A DNA stretch of 57,145 bases, filler included, from Sphacelaria rigidula (taxonomy: Eukaryota): NCBI GenBank assembly GCA_964200075.2. It is 2 parts of 2 records of this genome, joined end to end, with 100 filler letters (N's around TTAATTAATTAA, not from the genome) between each part and the next. Parts side by side here need not be neighbours in the genome. Positions count along the whole stretch, not along the records: positions 1 to 28,604 come from CAXNAA020000097.1; 1 more part is not named here. One strand, given 5' to 3'. Each line of letters opens with the position of its first letter. Within the stretch, counting starts at the first letter, position 1. A program made the translations under genes and the position numbers. Of the stretch, positions 10,465-22,600 are shown in pieces. The notes beneath the pieces were generated by a model. It was not told the DNA's origin. It saw only the letters and a program-made list of their open reading frames with translations, and searched no databases.

Positions 10465-13318
10465 CACCGTTGATACCACGAAAATATACGACTCGAGAGC
10501 ATGATTTGCGACCCTGCTTGTGAGATACACTTGCGGTTTGATGAAGTGCCGCACCTTGATTGCGTTGTCGCCGATACTTTGGTGGTGGTATAACTTATCG
10601 GAGGTATTGGCAACAATGGAGACTGGAGCGCCGTAGTGAAAAATCCGTTCAGGTGAAGTTACGCGGGCATTGTTGATATAGACTGGAGAAGCGAGGATTC
10701 CACCCTGCCTATTGCTCCGGGAAACGAGATGGGAAATTCACGCTGGAAGTGCTACTGTACATATTTGGTTTGACTGTTTTGTTGTGTTTGTTCTTCGGCC
10801 GGGCATACAGTGCATGTTGCCGGTATCGCTGTACGCGGCGAAAAGGGGTGTGGGTAGAGACAAAGGGTGGGCATTCCCGATTATTTGCGCTAGATGGATA
10901 AAAACCGTCAGATTTTAGAAAGGTATCCGTGAAATTGATTCATGAGAAATTTTGTCGGGGCGCGCCGGGTGTTTGTGGTCGGCACTTGGTGGACGTACGG
11001 CAAGTGGTACCGCGGTGTTGCAGTGGAGTTTCTCGGTACGTTGGGGTGAGCAAACACGCATACTCATGGCATAGTCCCGCCTGTCATTTGAGTAGAAGTG
11101 TTCTGAGACGTTACATTTGGGAATTTTCGATCGAACCGATAGAGACAAGAGCATGAAACGATCCGTCTGTGGGGTGGAAGATGATGCAAATAAGGTTAGC
11201 TAAACTTGATGTTCCCGCGTGTCTGCGCGCAGTATGTGTAAATTTGTGTATTAATAGTGCACTCGAAGACACGCTCTTCATTATTGAACGTTGGTGAAAT
11301 CTGCTATTAGAAGTATTTCCCCCCGTGTTTTGAAGAAGGACCCTAAGCAAAACTCAGTTACCGTCTGAAAATTATGGTACGCGGTAACCTGGGGATATTT
11401 TATCTCGTTTTCGCAGCGCGGCTTGTGTTTTCGGTTCCTGGTGACAGAAGTTGAACGTGCTCAATTATTGGTGGGCAAAACTTCGAGTTGTACATAGTTC
11501 TCCATTGACTCGTATCCCGCATCGATCTGTCGAGTAGACTGGCTTCGCATACGAGTACTTGATCTTGGGCAAGAACGGAATGCTTGGGCGCATTTATTTG
11601 TCCGTGCCTGGGGGTTGGTGCTATTTAGTCTCGTCACCTGGAAAGCAATCGCAAGTGTACTGTATTTTCGCGATCGATGAAAGAGACTCGAGAACAGAAG
11701 AGAGACGCGGTGGGCCTCTGGGTTTATGGAGTAAAACTAAGTTATGGGAGTTATGAGCAGGCACCGTAGATGCAGAACGAATGGGTATCAATCATATCCT
11801 GCCGACACGAGGTCGAAGCTTCAGTAAAAGCGCTTTCACACACCACTTCCCTCCCATCCGTGCTGTGTAGGTTTCGGATGGCGCGAAGTTAGAGGATGAC
11901 GGAAGATTGGGACAGTTGCAGTAACTACAGCATTACACCGTTGCAGGAGTTGTGGTTGCGAGGATATGAACGAAAGTGCATGCGGTGAAACCCGTCCAAA
12001 TATAATGCCGAGGTCATCAATGAATTGATCCCTTGCATCGTAAATTTGAGGGTCGAAGTTCTGCGCAACAGACGGTGGATGGGCCCTTGTAAGACCGGTA
12101 TGTGCCAGTTCAGCGACCGGCCTTCACGGGCTGATGGACTTTTTTCTGCCTCGGGCCTCGACATATCCTCCCACGAGGTTGAGTCGGGTTTAAAGCGAGC
12201 ATTTGCGATGACCATTTTTCTGTTCGCGTGACGAACTTTTCGTTTTTTCCCCCCATGTCCCTACCAAAATTCAGTGCATACACGCGTGGGGATGCACGCA
12301 TTCTCAGCGGCGCATGTGCTGATGTTATGATCATTCCTCCCGCACTGGCAAACACGCACACACAACACGGAAGGACACAGTCCAGCGGCTTACACAAAAA
12401 TCATATACAACCGCTCTCTGTCATGTGCTGTGGCACTGCTAGCACGCAGGAGTATGGCTGACAGAACACTCGTTGAGTTGACGTGTGCCTTGCCACAGAC
12501 AGACACAACTGTGCCGTTAACCCATGGTGTGCGTTCCGACGCGAGCCAAAGGTGCGCAGGCCGCAAGGGCATGCTTACATGTCCTCTGCCACCCTTGCGT
12601 TCTATCGTATTGCACACCATTGATTGTCGATGGTACGGTACAACAAGGCGTTAGCTCAACGAGTGCTCTGTTGGCCATGCCCCTGAATGTTCGAGTGATA
12701 TATAATCACGTAAGAAAGCTTCAGAGTGTGACACTCGCGCAAGTCGCTGGACTGTTTCTGTGTGATTTGTGCATATTATTATAATGCCAAAGCGCAGGAA
12801 TGGCTGACATGATATTGCTCCCCGTCTTGGAACTGCAGATCGGGGTATCTCAGGCCAAACGTGTTGTGTTATACGTCCGTTTACTGCCATAATACCCTCA
12901 TGTGCAGTCTTGAAAATGGAAAGCAGGACCGAGTGCACCGTAGATGAAGCAGTTTCGTCAACTAGATTGTGACGCGCATACGTTTTGAATTGACAGAAGA
13001 CTTGTTGCTAGAGGTGGCAAACGCTAGAGAGAAACAACGTAGGTGTTTCGGCTGCTATGACGGCGTGTCATCAAAACATGGTTGTTTGCTTCGAGGGGGG
13101 TTTCGGGAGAAACGTTTCTTCTAGAAACCTTTTTGGGCGCCGGATGCTGCCAAGTTGATCCATGTTCTACACCGAATTAATGTACCGGCGCTTGGTTGCT
13201 TAACATTCGAACGCGTCCCAACTTTCGATGCGAGAATACTCGTGCAAAACGACGAATACTTGTAACAAAACGTATTCTTGCGCTGTGTGTCCTGACTCCT
13301 CCTTATGAGGGCCCTTAC

Positions 13319-14620
13319 CTCGTACATGGAGCTTTTGCGACATTTTGATGGCGTGCGCCATCACAACTAACTGGATGGAAAATCACCCGGTGAATAAGGC
13401 CTTCACCGCACCTCCGTGCAGATGTCTGTGCCTTCTCCGCATGTGACTCATTTCGTGTAACGACAGGCATCGTCTCTTGAACGCGCCCGAGATTTCTACC
13501 CTCGAGCAAGTCGCTGATATCGATTTGTGTTCAAGTGAGACAGACATGCAGGATTCGATCTTCGGTCCTTGCCGCGGGGAATTTTATTCAATGAAGCCAT
13601 CGCGACTTCTGAGATCGTTTCTCAAAGTCTCAGAACGGATTCTGTGAGAACTGCCCTTTTTGAGCCCTTTATGGTGGATTTTCGACGGAGTAAGGACCTT
13701 CTTGGCGGATCCGGCCCCCTCGAGAAGATTAGCTATGACTTCCAAGAGGATTCAAGCGCACTCTCCCAATTTTTTGTGCGCCCGGTTTAACATCTGGCCA
13801 GATTCCCGCTTTTTTCAATCGCCGCAAAAATCTTCGCGTTATCGGGAGAAAATACGTATCTTTTCCGACAACTCGAAAATATTTGGGGCGACTGAACGAA
13901 GCCGGCATTGAATATGGCCAAAAGTAAAACTGGGCACGAAAAAGTGGGAAAATGCGCTAGAATCCTCTTGAGAATCATGACAAATATTTCCGAGGGGGCC
14001 CAATCCGCCAAGGCCCTTATTCCGTCAAAAATCCGCGATGAAATGCTAAGAGAAAGCAGTTCTCAGAGAGTTCGTTTTTGGACCATTAAGAAGCGCCCTA
14101 ACAACGGTGGTGGTTCGGCCGTTGTACACGATAAACATGAAGATTTTCAAAACATGAAGAAATATGTGAGTATACAGTATTTTGTCAATTTCGTGCAGGA
14201 CTCTTGTGGGGTATGGACATCGCCAGGAATACCTCTCTGAGATATCCAACAGGGGCTTATTCCTGGACAATACAATCTGGTTTCAGCAGGTCAAATGTTC
14301 CACTTTGACGTCGATCTCCCAGACGGACACTGCAGGTGAATCTCCGCACCTCAGATGGATATCCGTATCCCACATGGGTATGCATGCATGATTTGAACGG
14401 GTCACTATGTATATAAAGCACAGTATGTTGACACCGCTCCATACATCAAACTGACCTTGAGGTATCCGCGACCCGTCAGTTGATGATATTTTCCGACTAA
14501 AGGCACGCTCCAACCCAAGGGGCCAAGTACCTTCATATTTTACAGCGGTAAGGGGGGTATTGCATGGACGCTCGCCCCCTTCCGTATTGATGGTCGAAAT
14601 ATACCACAATGATGCTTGTC
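13319..14620 (-). pseudogene. Candidate degraded glycosyltransferase-like (fucosyltransferase-type GRxxNQ motif) gene
   Basis: An exon ending at 14456 (AAG|GTCAGT, phase 1) joins a 249-nt exon 13567-13319 (AG acceptor, AG|GTAAG donor) reading ...KALFTG*FSIQLVVMAHAIKMSQKLHVR with an in-frame TGA at 13385-13383. A hydrophobic VVVLTSIIVVYF stretch near 14600 is in a shifted frame. A further candidate exon lies at ~12060-11750. Family assignment is by motif resemblance only. Confidence 0.35.
13605..14105. repeat. Degenerate long inverted repeat (foldback element), arms ~230-250 bp
   Basis: Centre ATACGTAT (~13854). Arm matches include gagaactgc/gcagttctc, ttggcggat/atccgccaa, caagaggattc/gaatcctcttg, tggcca/tggcca. 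Confidence 0.75.
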
Positions 14621-15154
14621 AGCACTACTACTTCCTTGTCTGGGTACAATTGTGTTCTCTCTTTCCAGGGGCATGGTCGAATTCAGTATAACGGCGGCGC
14701 ATATACCACATACAACCCTGATGACTATGTTGTAGCCGGTGACCAAATGTGTTGTGGCGTTGACGATGATATGATGCCGTTTCACGAAAGTAATCGCACT
14801 ACTGTAGGTGGTCAATCGTTGTACATCTCTAGCATGACAGTAGTGTCGTACTGTCTCACAATGTTTGGCAAATTCTGCATTCACGAGCGTAAACTCGTTC
14901 CCCCCCTGCGTAGCCAGTTATACTGGCGGTGATTTGGGGGATGATCATGTGGTGCAGCTGAAGCCCAAGGTCGTTTGTGACTCCTGTTCGGGTGGGTGAA
15001 TTCGTGGAAATGTCAAAATATCGAAAGTTGAAACTTCGTGCCGGGCCACCTGTCGCCAAAGATACTGAGTGACGACAAGGGGCTTCTGGTCATGTTCCAA
15101 AACAGCTTGCTCGAACAGGCAGTCTCCGCAGGGTTGTGTTGCAACGCCGGAGCC

Positions 15155-18100
15155 ATGTCGCCTGGACCGGAGAAACAAGCAGGAAAACTCCTGAGCCTTC
15201 TCGCCGAAGGTCTAGTGTCGCTTTGCATGAATAATGAGTCTCATCGGTTGTTGATCCTAAAATAGATGATATCGCCCACGGAGCATGTATTGTAGCGCAA
15301 CAGCCCACCTCACCCTCAGTGCAGTAGTATCGACCCAGCACTAGCACGTTACCGTGGTCTAGTCACGAACCTCATAGCGCTATCGGTACCGCAAGGAACG
15401 TACGTGTGCTATCAACTTCAACGGCGCTCGGTCTACCTCCGTACCTTTTCAATTGCGTGTTAAAATTCATCTATACCGCCGGTGCCAATTGCTGTACTCG
15501 GTGTGCACATGTACGAAGCATAAAGTGCTGTACTGTACTGTACTGTACTGTACTGTACTGTACTGTACTGTACTGTACTGTACTGTACTGTACTGTACTG
15601 TACAGTGATTGAGTACGTACACCCCAGGCGATTAGTCTGTTCATCCTAAGAGTGTCGTGAAGCAAAGACCCTGCGGTGACTCCAGAGGCACTTTATCGGC
15701 TATTTTTCAGAACATCTCGATGATGCCTCTCTGCTGACAAGAGTTTCGGCGGCGTTCGGGATCATCCGTGTGACCGCCAAGATTTCGAGAAAATTGACGG
15801 TTGAAGAGTTGTCGCCCAGAGGGTGTTATACCCCGTGAGGTCAGCTATTCTACTTTGTGCTGTGCTGTGAGGAACGCGACCCCCAACTCCGCTACACTAC
15901 AGTCGTCGCCTGTACTGCACCGTACTCTTCTATAGTATCGTGCAGTATATATAGTACACTCGAAGTAAAACAAGCAACGCACCTATGAAACATGTTCTCG
16001 AAAGCTCGAGAGCGGGCTGCGCAACCTGAATACGTTCTCGTTGCATGGTCTCTTTTATTTGTCGCACTTTGAACCCCTTCCCTTCCTTGGTATCATTCAG
16101 TAATCTCAAGGAATCAACCCATCTCTACCCGGTACACACCTTGCATTTCAGTCTCGCGGGTTGAGTTATGACTATCAGCACTCCCGCACGTGTCAACTCT
16201 CGCCGAACAAAATCAGTCAACTACAGTCCCACTGGATCATGTAGCGTAGATGGCCGCCGGTCGGCCGTGTAGACGCTAACCGTCGAGACTCACATCCTTC
16301 TTCGGGCGCTCGAAGGGGTTACTCGAATTTCTCGAGTTCCTCAAATTTCAATTTCGCAGATTCTTGCCTAGTAATACCGTAGGAGCCTAACAAGGTTTAT
16401 CATGGTTGAACGAGCGGGCCGGGGTTTTCTTCTCAACATGTTTAACCCTTAGACCGCGAGGTTAGTCTTCTGTTGAATCGGCATCAATTTCAAGTGGAAA
16501 AAAGTTTCCATGATCCAGAAAGACTAATCTCGCCGTCTAAGGGTTAAACGCAAAAATCGATCGAGGTCTACCCCCTTTCCCCAACTCTCGCCCCCTTTCC
16601 TCAACTCTCGACTCCACCAGCTCCCGCTTTGACAGCAGGGGTTCATCATGAGGACAAGCTTGCCGCTGTGGTTTTTTTATGCGTGTTGCTTGTGTACATG
16701 GCAACCTGTGCTCGTCCAACTCAGTTGACTGTCGGAGGGGACTTGACGCTAGTACAACCTCAAGCTATAAAATCAAAGCACCCAACATCGCCCGCACGCG
16801 TCGCCTACATAAGATACACTCCTTTCCAAATCGCCCCGCCGCTCAGGTGTTCAGCAACAGCTCCTATGTGCGTTGAAATCTTTATACTTACATAGCCATA
16901 TGTATTTACCACTATTGACGTGATCGCCACCCCTAGATCATAATATCATTGTCCTCGGACAGCAACGTGGCGCTGATCGTGTCTTACGCATGGACAGTTA
17001 TGACGCACGGCATGTGTTTTGCAACCGTCTTTCCGTGTTGGCATCGTTTCTCCACTAAACATGACTATTTCGACGCCCCCAAATTATTCGGCCAAGTGGC
17101 GGCCACTGACGACTGGGCACTCGAAGGATCAACTCTCAGGCACAAAACTCTAACTTATCACCCTAAATCGATTGTTGTGCACAGGGGGTCAGGACAGTTA
17201 CAAACTCTATTGGCTGGGGCTGACAGGAGTCGAAATTGTCCAAGAAGGGGTGTCATGCTCAAATAGTTCATCACCTGAGGAAATCACGCACTTCACAGCA
17301 TAGCGCAATAGTACAACGGTGCACACCCGCTGCATTTTGCGCTATGGTAGGATACGAATTTCCTACCCCAGTGCGGTCGTTCTCACATGACAAACTCCAC
17401 AAAACCCTGCCCTGTTTTCATCTTCCCATCGTGATCATGAAACTCTGTTCCAGATGGCAAAGAATATGGCAGTCTCGTGGCCGAAAGGCTTGTCAAGCTC
17501 GTGCGCTCGGAGCCACTGGAGACACGAGATGCGCTGCACAGGTGTGTGAAAATAGCGGGGTGTTATCGGGTCCCAGGTACTGTATGGTGTGTCACTTGTT
17601 GTGATATTTGTCCGTCCGTCTGATGGCTTTGTGGGCATGTCGCTAAACGCGGCATGGCTGTCTGAATTTTCAGGATTTCTAAGTGTTTCATAGCACAATC
17701 TATGCACCAAGTGTACCCTACCGCTGGATATCACGCTTGTGTACTGTCCGTGCAGCACGAGGACAGCGGAATATACACAAGTACCACCTCTACGGCACCC
17801 TATTGTCGTGTACTACCATTTCTGTCCCTATACGTCTGGGAATAGTGACACACTCACATAGTCAGACCTCCATCCCCTCTCCTGTTCCTGTCCTACCCTC
17901 GAACCCGTGCGCGACAAAAATGATGTCTTCGACTGAAACGACCTTTTGAAAGGCGACTCGTCGTGGGTGCGGCACCCTATCTTTCTCACACGGCGTGGTA
18001 CGCGCGAGTAGCTGCGGCGTCCTGTTTGGAAAGCTTGGCACGGCTGGAATGCGGTGAGACGACCAGAGAGATCTCGGGAGGAGAAAGGGGCAAAATCGTG

Positions 18101-19653
18101 GCCGTGACTGTCAACGTGCTTTTCCGCTGAATTCGTATCCCAGTTATCCCTGGCAGAGCAATACGCCGGCTTGTCACTGACCAAGGCTATATTTCATAAG
18201 AGACTAGATACCAGCTGATATTCATCCACATTGCATTGCTGCTTCAAAGCGGACTTTTCCCTGAAGTTATTGGGCATCGCGGGTGGATGAAAGGAGTGGT
18301 CATAACCGCCGCGCCTCGGTGGTCTAAATCAAAATGGTACAACTGAAACCTTTTTGTTACGGCGGAAGATTGAGGATCCGAAATGCCGACATTTTCATTT
18401 TCTTTTTTTTTTCTGTGAGAGGTATCCGATTTCCGTCCTTGACAAGGCGAGGGCGTGAGTAGCACAAGAGGGTTTTTTGACGAGAGTCGTCGCGATTTGG
18501 AAGCGTTGGTCATGATCCGATCCGCGATACCAACATATAAGGCTTGTACTGTGTGAGGCATGGGGTTGAAAATCGTGACAGAAAAATATTTGGATAAAAA
18601 AATAGGGGCGGCGGAGAAATGTGAGCACTGTAAGGTCAACCCCACATGCACTCACGATGGTTACCCTATACAGTGATATCCAGAAAAATAGGTAACAATA
18701 CTACACAAACCAGCCGTTACCGTTGATGTCGTATGCCGTCATGTTCCATGTACTATGCAGTTTTGTTCTTCTTTTGTCACATAAATTCGACTCAACGGTC
18801 GACGGAGGAAAAGGATCGCTGAATATTTTTCGCGATAGAAAGTAAGGCGAACACCGCGGAAGGAAGGCGGAGTTCTTACACAAAAAAGAAAACTCCTGTG
18901 TCTGCCTTCCTCCCATGTGACCCCGGCTGATGCGCCCACATGTTCCGAAAGGTGTAGACGGGCGTCCACAACAGATGGAATGATCACACACACATGAATA
19001 CTTTCATCTCCCCTCTCCTTACTCGAGATGAGTCCGTAGCCAAACAAACCCTTATCTCTTCCCCGGTACAAGCCTCACATTTTGGTACCGAGGATTGGAC
19101 CAGCACTACTGCACCACATCCACCCTCGTCAAGTGCATCTACTTTTTTACTCATGTTCTCGCGTTCTCAACGACGAAAATCAGATACTTTTCACAAAAGA
19201 AGGAAAGAAAAAAGTATCTGCCAGCACTCGAACCCGCAATCTTCCGCCCTAACCAGTTTCAGTTGTACCAGTCAGATGTAGTACAGTCGGACGAACCCAC
19301 CGTGAGGCTGGTCAGTTTACAAAGCCGGTGTTTGAGCTCTACAATATACTATTAAAAGTGAATCTGCTCAAAAGTGTGGGAAGTTTGAGTGTAATATCGA
19401 CATGACCCGCTGATTCTCTGCAGTAGTCCTGCGTATTGTTTTTTTTGCGTAAAGCTCTCACACCATTCGGACCCTGCTGTTGTAGAGTGCCTACGATTGC
19501 AACATTACGGCATATATCCACACAGTAAAAAAGGCAGAATGGACCACAAACTACCTTGTTCACCCTCACCTTTTTTGTCTCGGGTATGTGTATCATGTGG
19601 ATAATGACCACGGGTGGATCATGACTCCTGGGGCATCAGTTAAAGTGTGACAG

Positions 19654-19697
<44 letters not shown>

Positions 19698-22600
19698 CTT
19701 CGGTGTGCCGAGTAGACCATCGCTGTCCGTCTCCTCCGGCTAAACAACAGTAACCAGTAGGCCATCGGCTGAGGAGGTCGCACCAGTAAGCACTGCTTCG
19801 TCAAGGCAGCAGCGGTCGCCGGACGAACGTTTAGGGGAAAAGGACCCTATGCTGACCACGGAGGAGAAGCTAGCTCGAGGGTGGGTGTCGCTTGAAGATG
19901 TGAGACTGCAGCAAGTGTTGGGGAGGGGCGTGCTTCTGCTAAGCCGCGGTGTACAGCAGGTGCGCATTTGGCTGCTTGTTTGGGGAGTAGTTGCTGTTGT
20001 GGCTGCCTATGCTGCTCTCTTTGTCGTTGTCGTTGTCGTGGCTGTTGCTGTTGCAATGGATATGGCTACTTATACTGTTGTTTTTGTTGTAGGTGATGAC
20101 GGTTTGCTATTTTTGCGGCCGTGAATGGTATACTAGACCCTCTTTTTCCCGTTGCTGTTCAAGCCATGCTGTTCGAGCGTTGTGTTGGTAACATACATTG
20201 TTTTGCCATATGCACCGGGTGGTGTACGTGACAGACGAGTGTCTTTTGGTTCTGTTCTGTGAGTGGTACTTGCAAACGGTCGGACACACACGTCGCTAAC
20301 TCATTGAGCAACTTCGCAGCCGTTCCCCGGTGGTCTAACTAGTTTATTTGATTGATTGATTGATTGTCGCACTTTAACTGACCCCCCAGGGATCCAGCCG
20401 TGGTAACATGATAGACACACCCAAGACAAAACAAAACCGAAACACTCGCTGAAGAAAAAGAAGAAACTAGTGGTGGTGCTTTTACATCCTAACCCGGCTA
20501 GGACGGAAAGTTCGGGGTCCGAATCGCGGCAGCAGAAGCGTCGTTGAAAACAGGAGGATGAGCGTGGCAGCGAATGTTTTGACGGAAGTCGACTCGGTGG
20601 GAGCGGGGGGGTGTTTGGTCATGATCCAGTCCACGATACCACAAAGTGTCGAGCATGATGTATGCACCGGGTGAGATACGGATCGATTCCTCGAGGCCAC
20701 GGGCGAACTCGTCCCGAGGAAGAGGAGGGGGTTCGAAGTATTTCTCAACAGATGCTCATTTTTTCCCGCACACTGCTCTGACTTCACCAACCCCTCCCCT
20801 CGCGAGACTGTGATTCGAACCCTTGATTCGTCGTTCAACTACTCTTGCTAATCTCGTGCAATACTCGGCCCTTATTCTGCTTGGGGTCTGAAGTATCACC
20901 TAAATATTTTGTTCTTCTTTACTTATTCGTGGACGTCACCTTTTTTTCGCCAAAAACGTCGTAGGATATCGCGATACAGTCGGAGGCGGCTTCTTTGGAT
21001 GTGGACGCGCGTGTGGGTCGGCAGCGCAAACGCCTCCTCAAGTGCCTCGGACTGGCGGGCGGGGGCAGTGGCGATGCTCGTGCTGCTTCTTTATATTCCT
21101 GTTAAGTCTCGTCGTCATTCAGCGTTAAAGAACAGCGGATCATCGACATTAAGGATGGAGCTTTTGATTGAGGATGAGAACCCGGAGGATTAAAATCTTT
21201 GAGTCTACACTAAATATGGTTCCATTCCTTCACCTACTGGTAGCTATTGACAAGTACGACACGTCACACAAATTGCGATTTCGATAACCGAAATATTGGG
21301 GTCCTAGATGAAAGAAATTTTTTGGGGAATTTAGGTGATCCGATCGGATCGCCAAAATTGCCCGAAATCGGTTTTTCACCTAGGACCCCAACATTTCGGT
21401 TATCGAAATCACAATTTGTATGACGTGTCGTACTTGTCAATAGCTACCAGTAGGTGAAGTAATGAAACCATATTTAGTGTGAACACAAAGATTTTAATCC
21501 TCCGGGTTCTCATCCTCAATCAAAAGCTCCATCCTCAATTTCGATGATCGGCTGTTGAAGGGGTAAATCCGCGCTTGTGTGTAGGTGTCAGGGATGTTGG
21601 ACGTGTACCGGGTGGGTAAGATCTCTACCAGACCTGTCCCGTCCTTGTCGTCGGAGCTGAATGAGTTGGGAATTAATGACTTTCATAATCAGCATCCAAA
21701 CGGAGAAATTTTCAGTTGAACTCATTTTTTTTCAGCCTTTTATCGGTTACCATGACTTCTCACGTAGAAACGTTTCGTACCTGAAACTTGAGGATGGAGA
21801 GATATCCGTGCCCGAATACTCTCCGAAGGGAATGTTGAACCTACGATCATATTTGGATGGCTTTCAGGCTAATCGTTCGTCGGGGATCCTACGAGTACAC
21901 ACACAGCCCCAGGTTTAGGCTTTTTGATGTCTTTACTCGATCGAACCAATTCCGATCGTTTTGGTGAATACATTGTCCATGTTTAGTCGCTGTAACATGG
22001 AGCTATCTACTGTGCTACATTCGAAAAATCGTGGTTTTTGGACCAAAATACAGGCAAGAACACCCCTCCCTCCCGAAACAATATTCCAACGTCGCATTGC
22101 CCCAATAGAAGAAATTGAGAAATATCTACTGTGAAATACCTGTTTCTTGCAGTGTCTACCGATTCCAAAACTCTCGAGTGGAAATGCTTTTGCGAAAAAA
22201 TCCGGACCACGCAAATTATCCATCACAGGAGTACGTTAACTTTTACGTATTCTCTTCTCCGAACCGATACTTTTGGCGGTTGGGATCCCTTTGCACGATA
22301 AGCACAATAGGCACGATAGGCCATGCAACGCCGTGGTTCCGTGTATCCAGATGCGTTTCACATTGGAATTGGAAATCATTGGCTGCACGTTCACGCTGTG
22401 GCCCATTCGCCAACAGTCATGTATATGTGGCACGTTGTTGACACCTCATCAAAGAAGCGGGGGCGGACGCTAATTGTTCCAACGGCAGGTCGAGTAGAGT
22501 ATACTCAATTGCGGGGTATTTTGCAAGACCTACTCGAGGTACTCAAGTTAGAGTAGAGGGTCAGGAGTCGTACCCCAAAAAAACTGGAAAGCGATCCCTA

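Noticed and set aside
13383-13385. In-frame TGA as selenocysteine
   Set aside because: Context suggests Arg rather than Cys, and no SECIS was identified.
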